Source: Thermoanaerobaculia bacterium (GTDB lineage: Bacteria; Acidobacteriota; Thermoanaerobaculia; UBA5066). Taken from it: a DNA stretch of 64,000 bases. Both the position numbers and the translations under genes were made by a program. The notes under the pieces are model-generated. The model did not search any database. It saw only the letters and a program-made list of their open reading frames with translations, and was not told where the DNA came from. This document shows, one piece after another, positions 50,401-60,679 of this stretch. Each line of letters begins with the position of its first letter. The first letter of the stretch is position 1. The stretch is taken from positions 2,112,001-2,176,000 of the forward strand of contig CAVRAY010000001.1 in assembly GCA_963719225.1 (NCBI GenBank), given 5' to 3'.

Positions 50401-51488
50401 GGCGTTCCCGGCGGTCCGGGAAGGCCCGCTCCCGAGACGAGGTAGACCGCGAACGTTCCGAGCCAGTGTCCGCCCTCGTAGTGCGCCCCCGTCACGGACC
50501 CGAGCCCGGAAGCGCGGTGCTCGGCGGCAGCAGAGCGGAGAGCCGGACGGCGCGGGTCGTTCGGCGGTAACGAGGCCGCGATGCCCTCCAGCATCCAGGC
50601 GCGGGAGAGGTTCAATCCATCGAGATGGGCGAGCTTCCCATCGGAGGGGTCGGTGACGGTGGCAACCTTCAGCCAGGACGTTCCTTCTTTGGGAATTCCG
50701 GGCAGGAAGTCCCGCAGCCACGAGGCGTACGCGGACGGCGCCAGCAGCCGGCGCATGAGATCGGCCTCCGCGAGACACGGCGAGAGGAAGTCCTGCCCGG
50801 AAGGCTCGTACGCGATGGGGCAGTTTCGATCCGCCGAATAGAGATCGAGTGTCCGGGCCGTCAGCAGGCGTTCCATCCGCGGGTCTCCCGCGGTGCGGGC
50901 CCAATCGAGAACGAGGCCGAAGGCGAACGCGGTCTGCGCGTGTTCTCCCTCGCGGATCGGATAGGCGAGCTTGGGCAGCCACTCCGCGAGACGGGATGCG
51001 GCGGCCTTTTCGAGTGGTGCGAGAGCCGCCGCCCAGGCGCGCGACTCGGGGTCGTCCCACATCCGGAGCTCGGCGCCGAGCCGCAACAGCCACGCGAGAC
51101 CGTAAGGCCGCTCGAACGTCGCGCGGCCTTTCCCTTCGAGGTACGCGACCTCCCCCGCCACCTTCTCGGGCGTGAAAGACGCGCGAAGAGCGGCCCTCGC
51201 GGGCGCGACGAACGGGGCCCCCGGGAAGCGCCGCGCGAGACGCGCGAGAAGCCAATGCCCGTGAACCGAGGAATGCCAGTCGTAGCATCCGAAGAAAACC
51301 GGCGTCAGAAGACGCGGGGGTTTCGCGTCGGCATCGCTCTCCAGCGTGTGGGCCACCTTGTTCGGGTACTCGCGCGCCAGGCAGGCGAGCGCGAGATTCG
51401 CGAATCGCTCTGCGGCGGCCTCGTCGAAGGCCGGGACCCCAGACGGAGGCCGGGGAGCCGCGAGGAGGACGAAAGCCAGGGCGAGCAC
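50397..51488 (-). CDS. DUF2891 family protein
   Basis: REYPNK, FFGCYDWHSSVHGHW, FERPYGLAW, HLDGLNLSRAW, YEGGHWL. Confidence 0.88.
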   Translation of the reverse strand: MLALAFVLLAAPRPPSGVPAFDEAAAERFANLALACLAREYPNKVAHTLESDADAKPPRLLTPVFFGCYDWHSSVHGHWLLARLARRFPGAPFVAPARAALRASFTPEKVAGEVAYLEGKGRATFERPYGLAWLLRLGAELRMWDDPESRAWAAALAPLEKAAASRLAEWLPKLAYPIREGEHAQTAFAFGLVLDWARTAGDPRMERLLTARTLDLYSADRNCPIAYEPSGQDFLSPCLAEADLMRRLLAPSAYASWLRDFLPGIPKEGTSWLKVATVTDPSDGKLAHLDGLNLSRAWMLEGIAASLPPNDPRRPALRSAAAEHRASGLGSVTGAHYEGGHWLGTFAVYLVSGAGLPGPPGTP

Positions 51489-51527
51489 GACGGGAATGCT
51501 AACGCGCCTCCGCTATCCTCTCTGGAC

Positions 51528-52529
51528 GTGCGGTTTCGAAACCCGGAGGGAAGCCTTCCCCAGATCGCAGGGGTTGCCGAGTTCGCACCCTTCTTCCTTC
51601 GCCGTCTTCGCGACCGCCATCCGCAGACGATCCCGGCGGGCCACGTCGTGCCCCTTGCTGAAGCGAAGGAGCAGCTCCGAAACGCGGGCCCGGAGTCGCT
51701 CACGTGGCTCGGCCACGCGTCGTTCCTCCTTCGAACCCGTGGCGTGACGATTCTGACCGATCCCTTCCTTTCGGACTGCGCGAGCCCCCTTCCCGGTTTC
51801 GGGCCGAGGCGATACGCGCCGCCGGGCCTGCCCCTCGAGGCGCTTCCGAAGATCGACGTCGTGCTGATCTCTCACAATCACTACGACCATCTCGATGCGA
51901 GGTCCGTAGAGGAGATTTCTTTGAAGGGAAAAGGGGAAGGAGCAGGCACGGCTGCAATCGTCCCCTCGGGGCTCGGCCGGTTCTTCGCGTCGCGGGGATA
52001 CTCGGATGTCCGCGAGCTCAGATGGGGCGAGGGCGCGCTTCTAAGAAATTCTTCATCTTCATCTTCGTCTTCCCCTGCCGTCTCCCTCTCCTGCCTCCCC
52101 TGCATCCACTTCTCCGGGCGCACGCCGTTCGACCGGAACGCGACCCTCTGGTGCTCGTGGTCGATCGTCTCCCCATCGCTCAAGCTCTTCTTCGCGGGCG
52201 ACACGGGTTACGGGCCGGTCTTCGCCCAACTCGGCGCTCGGTACGGCCCGTTCGACCTGGCCCTCGTGCCGATCGGCGCGTACGAGCCCGCGTCCATCAT
52301 GCGGCCCGTCCACTGCAATCCCGAGGAGGGCGTGGCCCTGGGCCGCGACGTGGGCGCGGCCACGCTCGTCGCGATGCACTGGGGCACGATCGTCCTGACG
52401 GACGAGCCCGCGTTCGAGCCGCCCGGCCGGTTCCGCGCCGCCGCCAGCCGCGCCGGTTTCACCGACGCCCGGACGTGGGTCATGCGGATCGGGGAGACTC
52501 GCGCGACGCCTCCTCGAGAAAAGTTTTGA
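51528..52529 (+). CDS. MBL-fold metallohydrolase (NAPE-PLD/RomA-like)
   Basis: TWLGHAS, LTDPF, SHNHYDHLD, FAGDTGY, PIGAYEP, MHWGT; start estimated at GTG 51528. Confidence 0.88.
   Translation: MRFRNPEGSLPQIAGVAEFAPFFLRRLRDRHPQTIPAGHVVPLAEAKEQLRNAGPESLTWLGHASFLLRTRGVTILTDPFLSDCASPLPGFGPRRYAPPGLPLEALPKIDVVLISHNHYDHLDARSVEEISLKGKGEGAGTAAIVPSGLGRFFASRGYSDVRELRWGEGALLRNSSSSSSSSPAVSLSCLPCIHFSGRTPFDRNATLWCSWSIVSPSLKLFFAGDTGYGPVFAQLGARYGPFDLALVPIGAYEPASIMRPVHCNPEEGVALGRDVGAATLVAMHWGTIVLTDEPAFEPPGRFRAAASRAGFTDARTWVMRIGETRATPPREKF
51911..52075. repeat. Inverted pair of the motif inside the MBL gene
   Basis: GAGATTTCTTTGAAGGGAAAAGGGG (core 51917-51925) versus CTTCTAAGAAATTCTTCATCTTC (core 52039-52047). 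Confidence 0.68.
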
Positions 52530-53130
52530 CCAGCACGACGGCCTCCGCGATGTTCTGGGCCTCGGTGCGGCCGGACGAGACACGGGGCTTGAAGGAGTGG
52601 TCGCCGTCCTCGAGGAACGCCACGCGCAGCGAAGGAGATAGGCGGTACTTCAAGACTTCGTCCCGGCCGCCGAAGGGATCGCGAGTGCCCTGAATGACGA
52701 GGCCGCGCGTCTTGAGGCTCTCGAGGTGCCGGACGCGAAGGACGTCGGGCCTTCCCGGCGGATGGAAGGGGTAGCCGAGGCAGACGAGGCCGCCCACACC
52801 GGCCTCGTCCGCCACCATGCTCGCGATACGCCCTCCGAGGGACTTTCCGCCGATGACGAGCGTGCGCGGTCCGTCGCCGCCGCTCAGCGTGCGGATCACC
52901 TCGCGCCAGCTCTCGGACAGTACGGGCCCGCGATCCGGCGGCCCCTTCTTCCCGTCCTCGCGTCGGGCGCGCATGTACGGAAACTCGAAGCGCGCGACGC
53001 GGAAGCCCGCGGCGCCGATGCCCTTCGCGACGACGTTCAGGAACGGAGAGTCCATTGGGGCTCCTGCTCCGTGGGCGAGGACGAGCGTCCGGGCCGAGCG
53101 AGCCGGGCCGTCGAAGAGAAACCGCTCCAC
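52480..53130 (-). CDS. Alpha/beta hydrolase (KANL3/Tex30-like)
   Basis: LAHGAGAPMDS, FEFPYM, GGKSLGGR, GYPFHPPG, QGTRDPFG, GDHSF. Confidence 0.88.
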   Translation of the reverse strand: MERFLFDGPARSARTLVLAHGAGAPMDSPFLNVVAKGIGAAGFRVARFEFPYMRARREDGKKGPPDRGPVLSESWREVIRTLSGGDGPRTLVIGGKSLGGRIASMVADEAGVGGLVCLGYPFHPPGRPDVLRVRHLESLKTRGLVIQGTRDPFGGRDEVLKYRLSPSLRVAFLEDGDHSFKPRVSSGRTEAQNIAEAVVLVKTFLEEASRESPRSA

Positions 53131-53143
53131 CTACAATCGCTCC

Positions 53144-53890
53144 GTGGGGAACAAGTATCTCTCTTACGACGACGAGCGTGCACCGAAGGTACGCGCGATG
53201 TTCACGCGCCTCGCGCGCCGTTACGACGTCGTGAACGACGTCATGAGCTTCGGGCTCCACAGGCGCTGGAAAAAGGACACGATCCGGCTCGCTCTCGAGG
53301 GTCGGACCGGGCCGGTCCGCATTCTCGATCTGTGTTGCGGCACTGGCGATCTCACGTTCCTCGCCGAGGCCAGCGCCGGACCCGGTTCGACGATTACGGG
53401 TCTCGATTTCACGCTGCCGATGCTCGGCATCGCGATCCGGCGCCGATCCGTCGGGCGGCGCCGGACCGCGTTCATCCAGGGCGACGCCCTTCGCCTTCCG
53501 TTCGCGGCCGCATCTTTCGACATCGTGACGGTGGGCTACGGGCTGCGCAACATCGCCGACCCGCTCGCGGCCCTTCGCGAGATGCGGCGCGTGCTCGCCC
53601 CCCGTGGACGCGTCGTCGTCCTCGACTTCGGAAAGCCGGACAGCCGGGCGGCCGATGTCCTCTATCAGACCTTCCTGCGGACGATGATGCCGTTCATGGG
53701 CTGGCTCTTCCACGGGGATCCCGAGACCTACCTTTACATTCCGGAGTCGCTCGTGCGCTATCCGGCCCAGAGAGGCGTGCAGGCCCTCATGCGCGAGGCG
53801 GGCCTCGACGGCGCGCGCTACGAGAGCCGTCTTCTGGGGACCATGGGTCTCAACGTCGCCGAAGCGCCGGCCGCGCCCCGGCCCCTATAA
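53144..53890 (+). CDS. menG: UbiE/MenG demethylmenaquinone methyltransferase
   Basis: MF..LA.RYDVVNDVMSFGLHRRWK, LDLCCGTGD, GYGLRN, YLYIPES; GTG 53144. Confidence 0.85.
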   Translation: MGNKYLSYDDERAPKVRAMFTRLARRYDVVNDVMSFGLHRRWKKDTIRLALEGRTGPVRILDLCCGTGDLTFLAEASAGPGSTITGLDFTLPMLGIAIRRRSVGRRRTAFIQGDALRLPFAAASFDIVTVGYGLRNIADPLAALREMRRVLAPRGRVVVLDFGKPDSRAADVLYQTFLRTMMPFMGWLFHGDPETYLYIPESLVRYPAQRGVQALMREAGLDGARYESRLLGTMGLNVAEAPAAPRPL

Positions 53891-53896
53891 TTCCCC

Positions 53897-56353
53897 GTGC
53901 CGAATTCGGAAAACCCGAGCGCGCCCCGCGGCCGCGCTGGAGCGGTCCCCGCCGTCGAAGCGCCGCTACCCGTGGCGCGGTGGATCGCGATCCTGGTCGT
54001 CCTCTTCCTGATCGTGATCGGCGCCATCGTGGCCCTCGGCACGTCCGGGCTGAACGTCCTGGCGGGCCTTCAGGCGTTCGTGAGCGCGGAGTCCCACTGG
54101 TCGAAGGGTCAGAAAGACGCTTCGCTCGCGCTTTCACGCTACCTCAGTTCGGGCGACGACGCCGATTACCGCCGCTTCCTCGGCCGCCTTGCCGTGCCGC
54201 TCGGAGACCGGAAGGCCCGGCTGGCGCTTCAGCAGTCACCCCCAGACGTTCGCGCGGCGCAGCAGGGATTCCTCGAGGGTCGAAACAGCCTTTCGAACGT
54301 CGAGGAGATGGCTCGGCTTTTCCTGCGCTACAAGGACCTCCCGGTCTTCACGCGCGCCATCGAGGTCTGGGAGCGCGCGGACCTTCTCATCGACGAGATG
54401 GTCGATCTCGGCACGCGGATTCACGAGTCCCCGACCCCGTTCCCTGAGGCGACTCACAACGCGTTCGCGAAGGAGATCGACAGACTCAACGAGCGCGCCA
54501 CCATCCTCGAAGACGCTTTTTCCGCGGCGATAGCTCAAGCCACGCGCTGGGCCCGCACGCGACTCATCGTCGCGATCCTCGTCATGACGTGCCTTCTCGG
54601 AGCTCTTTCCGTGGGCGCGTCGGCCCTGATCGCTCGCCTGCTCCGCCGCCACGACGAAGCGCTCCGTGCTTCCGAGCGCCGGTTCCGCCTCCTCTTCGAG
54701 CGAAATCTCGCCGGCCTTTTCCGGACGACGCTCGACGGCAGGATCCTCGACTGCAATTCGGCCTTCGCGCGGATCCTCGGCTATCCCTCCCGGGAGGACG
54801 TTCTCAAGGTTTCCGCCCTCGACCTCTATTCCGAGCCGTCCGACCGGGAGTCCTTCCTGGCTCGCCTCGCCCATCAGCGGGTGCTCGTGAACTTCGAGCT
54901 TTGTCTGAAGCGCCAGGACGGCACGATGGTCTGGGTCCTCGCGAACGAGAGCCTCCTCGAGCCGGAAGGTGGAGGCGAGCCCGTCATGGAAGGCAGCCTC
55001 ATCGACATCACCGACCGCAAGCGCGCCGAGCAGCAGCGCTGGCACCAGGCGAATCACGATGCCCTGACCGATCTGCCGAACCGGGTGCTCTTCAACGACC
55101 GGCTCTCCCTCGCGATCCTGCATGCGCAGCGCCGCCGCCAGTCGCTCGCCGTCATGTTCCTGGACCTCGACCATTTCAAGCGCGTGAACGACACGCTCGG
55201 CCACTCGGCCGGCGACGAGCTTCTCGTCAAGGCGGCCGACCGGCTCCGCCGCTGCATCCGGGCGGACGACACGGTGGCGCGCGTGGGCGGGGACGAGTTC
55301 CTGCTCCTTCTGAACGGCATCGCCCGCGAGAACGACGCCGCCACGATGGCGCGCAAGATCCTGGAGGTGCTTTCCGAACCGTTCCTCGTCCAGAAGCGCG
55401 AGCTCTTCATCGAGGCCTCCATCGGGATCGGCCTCTATCCCAGCGACGGTCTGGACGCCGAGGCGCTCGTGGCGAACGTGGACACGGCTATGTACCGCGC
55501 GAAGGAAACCGGCCGCAACTCCTTCCAGTTCTTCACGCGGAAGATGCAGGAGCAGTCACAGGCGCGCGCCGCGATGGAGAGCGGGCTGAGGCGCGCGCTG
55601 CCCCGCGGTGAATTCGTGCTCCATTACCAGCCGATCCTGCGCCTGGCCACTCGCGTTCCCATCGGCGTCGAGGCTCTCGTCCGCTGGCGCCATCCGGAGA
55701 AAGGCATCCTGTCCCCGCGCGAGTTCATTCCCCTCGCGGAGGACGTGGGTCTCATCACCCGCGTGGGCGAGTGGGTCCTGAGACGCGCCTGCGAGCAGGC
55801 GAAGTCATGGCAGGTCCGCGGCGCGACGCATCTCCGGATCTCCGTGAACGTCTCCGCGCGGCAGTTTCACCAGCGTGATTTTGCCGCGGCCGTGCGGCGC
55901 ATCGTCGAGGAGACCGGCCTTCCCCCGGCCTCCCTCGAGCTCGAGATCACCGAGAGCATCGCGATGCAGGACGTGACGCACACGGGAAAGATGCTCGCCG
56001 AGCTGTCGGAGTTCGGAGTCCAGATTTCCATGGATGATTTCGGAACCGGCCATTCCTCGCTGAACTACCTCAAGCATTTCCCAATCCGTCGCCTCAAGAT
56101 CGACCAGTCGTTCGTCGCCGGGATGACCCACGACGAGAAGGACAAGGCGATCGTCGCGACGATCATCTCGATGGCGGTCAATCTCGGCCTCGACGTGACG
56201 GCCGAGGGCGTCGAGACCGAGGAGCAGGCCGCGCTCCTCGGCGCCCTCGGATGTCCGGACGTCCAGGGCTTCCTGTTCGGCCGTCCGGCTCCCGCGGAGG
56301 AGGTCGAGCCGGCGCTCGGACTCGGCCCCGGCATCGCGGTTTCGCTCCCGTGA
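53897..56353 (+). CDS. Membrane-anchored PAS-GGDEF-EAL c-di-GMP signalling protein
   Basis: Two TM segments, PAS, RVGGDEF, VEALVRW, DDFGTG. Confidence 0.92.
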   Translation: MPNSENPSAPRGRAGAVPAVEAPLPVARWIAILVVLFLIVIGAIVALGTSGLNVLAGLQAFVSAESHWSKGQKDASLALSRYLSSGDDADYRRFLGRLAVPLGDRKARLALQQSPPDVRAAQQGFLEGRNSLSNVEEMARLFLRYKDLPVFTRAIEVWERADLLIDEMVDLGTRIHESPTPFPEATHNAFAKEIDRLNERATILEDAFSAAIAQATRWARTRLIVAILVMTCLLGALSVGASALIARLLRRHDEALRASERRFRLLFERNLAGLFRTTLDGRILDCNSAFARILGYPSREDVLKVSALDLYSEPSDRESFLARLAHQRVLVNFELCLKRQDGTMVWVLANESLLEPEGGGEPVMEGSLIDITDRKRAEQQRWHQANHDALTDLPNRVLFNDRLSLAILHAQRRRQSLAVMFLDLDHFKRVNDTLGHSAGDELLVKAADRLRRCIRADDTVARVGGDEFLLLLNGIARENDAATMARKILEVLSEPFLVQKRELFIEASIGIGLYPSDGLDAEALVANVDTAMYRAKETGRNSFQFFTRKMQEQSQARAAMESGLRRALPRGEFVLHYQPILRLATRVPIGVEALVRWRHPEKGILSPREFIPLAEDVGLITRVGEWVLRRACEQAKSWQVRGATHLRISVNVSARQFHQRDFAAAVRRIVEETGLPPASLELEITESIAMQDVTHTGKMLAELSEFGVQISMDDFGTGHSSLNYLKHFPIRRLKIDQSFVAGMTHDEKDKAIVATIISMAVNLGLDVTAEGVETEEQAALLGALGCPDVQGFLFGRPAPAEEVEPALGLGPGIAVSLP

Positions 56354-56441
56354 GACCCGTGCGTCGAGACGCCTGATTCAGGGGAATCATCGCGCCTTCC
56401 GTCGAGACCGGATTCAATTCAGGTCCCGACGGAGGTTTGCC

Positions 56442-57089
56442 ATGCGCGTCTCGAAGTGGATGTCCCCGAAGGTCGTCACGCTCCAGCCGACCGACTCGAT
56501 CTCGACCGCCATCCACCTCATGAAGGAGAAGCGCATCCGGAGAATCCCGATCGTGAACGAGACCGGTAAGCTCGTCGGGATCGTGTCCGACCGGGACCTC
56601 AAGGACGTCTCGCCTTCGCGCGCCACGACACTCGACATCTGGGAGCTGCACGCCGTCCTCGACAAGCTGAAGGTCGCCGACGTCATGACGAAGAAGCCCT
56701 GGACGGTCAACCCCGAGACCCCGATCGAGAAGGCCGCCGCCCTCATGCTCGAGAAACGCGTCGAAGGCCTTCCGGTCCTGGACGGCAAGGGCAATCTCGT
56801 CGGGATCCTGACCGAGGGCGACGTTTTCCGGGCGCTCGTCGACGTCACGGGCGCCTCCAAGAAGCGCACGCGCGTGAACCTCGTGATTCCCGACCGCGCC
56901 GGCAGCATCCGCGAGGTCGCCGATACGATCCGCGCGCAGGGAGGAACGATCTTCTCCATCCTCTCGTCGACGTCGAAGGTCCCGGCGGGAAAGCGCGAGC
57001 TCGTGATGCGCGTCGAGGGTCTCGTCCCCGAGAATCTCCGGACCGAGCTCATGAAGTCGTGGAGCGGCGTCGCCGTCGAGACGGACTGA
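56442..57089 (+). CDS. AcuB-like CBS-CBS-ACT protein (third copy)
   Basis: IRRIPIV..GIVSDRDLK..PS.ATTL, VEGLPV..GILTEGD, IPDRAGSI. Confidence 0.87.
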   Translation: MRVSKWMSPKVVTLQPTDSISTAIHLMKEKRIRRIPIVNETGKLVGIVSDRDLKDVSPSRATTLDIWELHAVLDKLKVADVMTKKPWTVNPETPIEKAAALMLEKRVEGLPVLDGKGNLVGILTEGDVFRALVDVTGASKKRTRVNLVIPDRAGSIREVADTIRAQGGTIFSILSSTSKVPAGKRELVMRVEGLVPENLRTELMKSWSGVAVETD

Positions 57090-57141
57090 CGCCCGAGCCG
57101 TCGTGGCATCCCGATTGCGTTTGGTGGATCAGGGGTGTGCC

Positions 57142-57591
57142 ATGAGAAAAAATCTCCATGTGTCGATCGCAACCATGTCCTTGCTCGTATTGACGTCGTT
57201 GCCTGCGATGGCCCAGGTCGAAGGCCGGATCGACATTCCGCTCCCGGGACTCGAGATCCACGTCGGGCGAACGGCGCCGCCCAGGCTGCGTGTCGAACGA
57301 CGGCCGGTACGGCCGGGCCGGGGCTACGTCTGGCTCCCGGGCTTCTGGCACTGGCAGGGCAACGACTGGGGATGGATTCCCGGTCGTTGGGAGCGTCCCT
57401 CGGAGCGCGGTGCCCGCTGGAGGCGCGCGCGCTACGTGCGCGAAGGCTCGGGGTGGCGTTACGAGCCCGGCCATTGGTCGAACCAGCGCGTGATCGAAGG
57501 TGACGACTATCGGCGTTGGCGGGAGGAGCACCGGCGCGGCCGGGATCACGACCGCGACCGGGATCACGACAGGGATCACGACCGCCGCTGA
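57142..57591 (+). CDS. Secreted YXWGXW-repeat protein
   Basis: Signal peptide; APP.LRVE, GYVWLPGFW.W.G..W.WIPGRW, Y..GHW; RDHD tail. Confidence 0.8.
   Translation: MRKNLHVSIATMSLLVLTSLPAMAQVEGRIDIPLPGLEIHVGRTAPPRLRVERRPVRPGRGYVWLPGFWHWQGNDWGWIPGRWERPSERGARWRRARYVREGSGWRYEPGHWSNQRVIEGDDYRRWREEHRRGRDHDRDRDHDRDHDRR
57541..57585 (+). repeat. Short tandem repeat GGGATCACGAC x3
   Basis: CGGGATCACGAC CGCGAC CGGGATCACGAC AGGGATCACGAC, encoding RDHD repeats. Confidence 0.7.
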
Positions 57592-57612
57592 AGGCCCGAG
57601 CGGTCGCCGGAT

Positions 57613-58422
57613 CTATTTTCCGAGCTCGCCCGCGACCCGCGCCGCGGTTTCGACGCCGCGCGCGAGAACCGACCGGATGCGTCCGTCCTCCAGGGCGAGG
57701 ATGCCGGCGATCGTGCAGCCGGCGGGCGTCGTCACGTCGTCCTTGAGCGCCGCGGGATGGCGGCCCGTGGTGAGAACCATCTCCGCCGCGCCGAGCGTCA
57801 TCTGGGCCACGAGAGTCGTCGCCACGCTGCGCGGGAGCCCGCGCATGACCCCTCCGTCCGCGAGAGCCTCGATGATGATGTAGATGAAAGCCGGCCCGCT
57901 CGCGGACAGCCCCGTGACGGTGTCCATGTGCTTCTCCTCGAGCTCGAGGACGCGTCCGAGGGGAGCGAAGACCTCCGTGGCGAGCGCAATGTCGTCGTCG
58001 GTCGCGTGACTGCCCTTCGCGAGAACGGTCATGCCTTTTCCGATGAGGCACGGCGTGTTCGGCATGGCCCTCAACACGGGCGTCCCCGCTTCGAAGAGGC
58101 CCTCCAGGAAAGCCGTGCTGATTCCCGCCGCGATCGAGAGGACGAGCGGACGGCTGCTGCCGCCGCGGAGGCTGTCCGCAGCCTTCGCGACGTCCTTCGG
58201 CTTGACGCACAGGATCACGAGATCGGCCCCCTCGACGGCTTCGGCGTTCACCGTCGTGCAGAAGACGGAGAGCTCCTTCGCCAGCTTCTCGGCGCTGGCT
58301 TTCGTTCGGGCCGTCGCACGCACCTGGGAGGGTTTGACCTTCCCGGATTCCAGAAGGCCGGAGGCGATGGTCCGTCCCATCGTTCCGGATCCGATGATCG
58401 CGATACGCTTGTCGGCGAGCAT
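57613..58422 (-). CDS. proC: Pyrroline-5-carboxylate reductase
   Basis: IGSGTMG, CVKP, SIAAGI, RAMPNTP, SASGPAF, VTTPAGCT. Confidence 0.95.
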   Translation of the reverse strand: MLADKRIAIIGSGTMGRTIASGLLESGKVKPSQVRATARTKASAEKLAKELSVFCTTVNAEAVEGADLVILCVKPKDVAKAADSLRGGSSRPLVLSIAAGISTAFLEGLFEAGTPVLRAMPNTPCLIGKGMTVLAKGSHATDDDIALATEVFAPLGRVLELEEKHMDTVTGLSASGPAFIYIIIEALADGGVMRGLPRSVATTLVAQMTLGAAEMVLTTGRHPAALKDDVTTPAGCTIAGILALEDGRIRSVLARGVETAARVAGELGK

Positions 58423-58527
58423 GAGAGCCACCTCCAACCGGGATTAGTTCATCCGAATCATCGCAAGACGAGGTCTCAATCGCCAAAGATGCACGGACAC
58501 GGACTAAACCCCTTACGGAGGTGGAAG

Positions 58528-59730
58528 ATGACGAAACGACGCCCTATGCAATTCGTGACGCTCGCGCTCCTCGCTGCCGGCTTGAGCGCCTTCCCCGCCC
58601 TCGCCCAGGGCAAGACCTTCAAGGTCGGCGTGCCCCTTCCGCTGACCGGCGCTGAAGCGAAGTTCGGCGAGATGGAGAAGCAGGCCTACGAGATGGCTGT
58701 GGACGAGATCAACGCGAAGGGTGGCGTGAAGGGCACGAAGATCGTGCTCGACATCCAGGATTCGGGCGGGAAGCCCGAGACGGCGACGGCGATCGTCGAG
58801 AAGTTCATCACGATCGAGAAGTACCCGATCGTCGTGGGCGAGTACACGAGCCAGTGCAGCTACGCGGTGGCCGGGATCGCCGAGAAGTACAAGGTGCCCT
58901 ATCTCGTCGTGACGGGCGCCGCCGACAAGATCACGCAGCAGGGCTGGAAGTACGTTTATCGCCTGAATCCGCCGTCGAGCCTCTACAACATGGGGATCTT
59001 CAGCTTCTTCGAGGCGGTCGCGAAGCCCAAGAGCATCGCCATCCTGTACGAGAACACCGATTTCGGGACTTCCACATCGAAGGCGATGAAGGAGTACGCC
59101 GAAGCCAAGGGGATCCAGGTCCTCCTCTACGAGGGTTATTCCGCGGGCGCGGTCGACTTCAAGCCGATCCTCCAGAAGGTCAAGTCGCTCCGTCCCGACG
59201 TCATCTACATGGTGTCGTACCTGATGGACGCTTCGATGCTCATGCGGCAGTCCAAGGAGCTCGACATCAACCCGCAGGCGTTCATCGGGGGCGCTGCCGG
59301 CTTCACGCTTCCCGAGTTCCTCCAGAACGCCGGCGAGGCCTCCGAACTCGTCATGTCGGGCACGCTCTGGACGCCCCAGGCGAAGTACCCCGGCGCGAAG
59401 GAGTTCTTCGACAACTTCAAGAAGAAATTCAACAAGGAGCCGGACTACCACGGCGTGGAGGCGTACGCCGCTGCCTACGTCCTCGCCGATACGCTGAAAC
59501 GCGCGAAGGCCTGGACCCCCGAGGACCTGCGCGCCGCGCTGGCCGAGACGAACATGATGACCGCCTTCGGACCCGTGAAGTTCGTCTCCTGGGACAAGTT
59601 CACGAACCAGAACAGGATGGACACGCTTCTCCTCCAGGTCGTCGGCAAGAAGTTCGAGACGATCTGGCCGAAAGAGGGCGCATCCGCGAAGTACGTCTTT
59701 CCGGTCCCGAAGTGGCGCGACCGCAAGTAG
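58528..59730 (+). CDS. HAAT/Liv-type ABC transporter substrate-binding protein
   Basis: ATG 58528 after GGAGG; signal peptide; PLTG, INAKGGVKG, ENTDFG, DFKPIL. Confidence 0.9.
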   Translation: MTKRRPMQFVTLALLAAGLSAFPALAQGKTFKVGVPLPLTGAEAKFGEMEKQAYEMAVDEINAKGGVKGTKIVLDIQDSGGKPETATAIVEKFITIEKYPIVVGEYTSQCSYAVAGIAEKYKVPYLVVTGAADKITQQGWKYVYRLNPPSSLYNMGIFSFFEAVAKPKSIAILYENTDFGTSTSKAMKEYAEAKGIQVLLYEGYSAGAVDFKPILQKVKSLRPDVIYMVSYLMDASMLMRQSKELDINPQAFIGGAAGFTLPEFLQNAGEASELVMSGTLWTPQAKYPGAKEFFDNFKKKFNKEPDYHGVEAYAAAYVLADTLKRAKAWTPEDLRAALAETNMMTAFGPVKFVSWDKFTNQNRMDTLLLQVVGKKFETIWPKEGASAKYVFPVPKWRDRK

Positions 59731-59755
59731 GCGCTGAGGAATCGGAACGGCTCTC

Positions 59756-60679
59756 ATGTCGCCTCAGGTCGCCGGACAAATAGAGCTGCTTTTGCAGGTC
59801 CTGATCTCGGGAGTCCTCCTGGGCGGCCTCTATGCCCTCATCGGGCTCGGGATGTCCCTGATCATGGGCGTGATGAAGATCATCAACCTCGCGCACGGCG
59901 AGCTGATGATGGTCGGGATGTACATCACTTTCTGGGGGTTCACGCTGGTGAAGCTGGACCCCTACGTCTCGATCCTGCTCGTCTTCCCGGCCCTGTTCGT
60001 CCTCGGCGCTCTCCTCCAGAAGTACCTCGTCGCCCCCGTCATGGAGGTCGACTCCATCCTTCCCGAAAACCAGGTGCTGCTGACGGTCGGCATCGGCATG
60101 GTCCTGTCCAACCTCGCGCTCCTCTTCTTCAGCGCGAACTACCGGTCGGTCCCCGTTTCCTACGCCAACAAGACGATCTACTGGGACCTGAAGGCGGGCG
60201 GGCAGACGATCTCGCTCTCCTTCAGCGTCCCGATGCTCATCGCCTTCGGCATCGCTCTCACTCTCGGCACGGCCCTGTTCCTGTTCCTGGGGCGAACCGA
60301 CCTCGGCCGGATGATCCGGGCAACCGCCCAGGACAAGCGCGCCGCCGCCCTGATGGGTGTCAACACGAAGCGAATGACCTACGTGACGTTCGGGCTGGGC
60401 TCGGCGCTCGTGGGCGCGGCGGGCGCCTTGCTCGTCCCGGTGTATTACCTCTTCCCGCAGATCGGCGGCCCGTTCACACTGAAGGCCTTCATCATCACGG
60501 TCCTCGGTGGGATGGGAAACATCCCCGGGGCCGTGCTGGGCGGCGTCGTCCTCGGGCTCGCCGAATCGCTCGGCTCGGTCTACATTTCGCTCGGCTACAA
60601 GGACGCCTTCGGCTTCATCATCTTCGTTCTCGTCCTGATCTTCCTGCCGAAGGGCCTGCTCGGAAAGGGGCGCGCGTGA
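59756..60679 (+). CDS. livH: Liv-type ABC permease (LivH-like)
   Basis: YALIGLG, NLAHGEL, GRMIRA.AQD...A.LMG, LGGMG. Confidence 0.9.
   Translation: MSPQVAGQIELLLQVLISGVLLGGLYALIGLGMSLIMGVMKIINLAHGELMMVGMYITFWGFTLVKLDPYVSILLVFPALFVLGALLQKYLVAPVMEVDSILPENQVLLTVGIGMVLSNLALLFFSANYRSVPVSYANKTIYWDLKAGGQTISLSFSVPMLIAFGIALTLGTALFLFLGRTDLGRMIRATAQDKRAAALMGVNTKRMTYVTFGLGSALVGAAGALLVPVYYLFPQIGGPFTLKAFIITVLGGMGNIPGAVLGGVVLGLAESLGSVYISLGYKDAFGFIIFVLVLIFLPKGLLGKGRA

Noticed and set aside
57541-57585. Possible CRISPR or other non-coding repeat array
   Set aside because: An 11-12 bp coding tandem repeat without spacers; no cas genes in the window.
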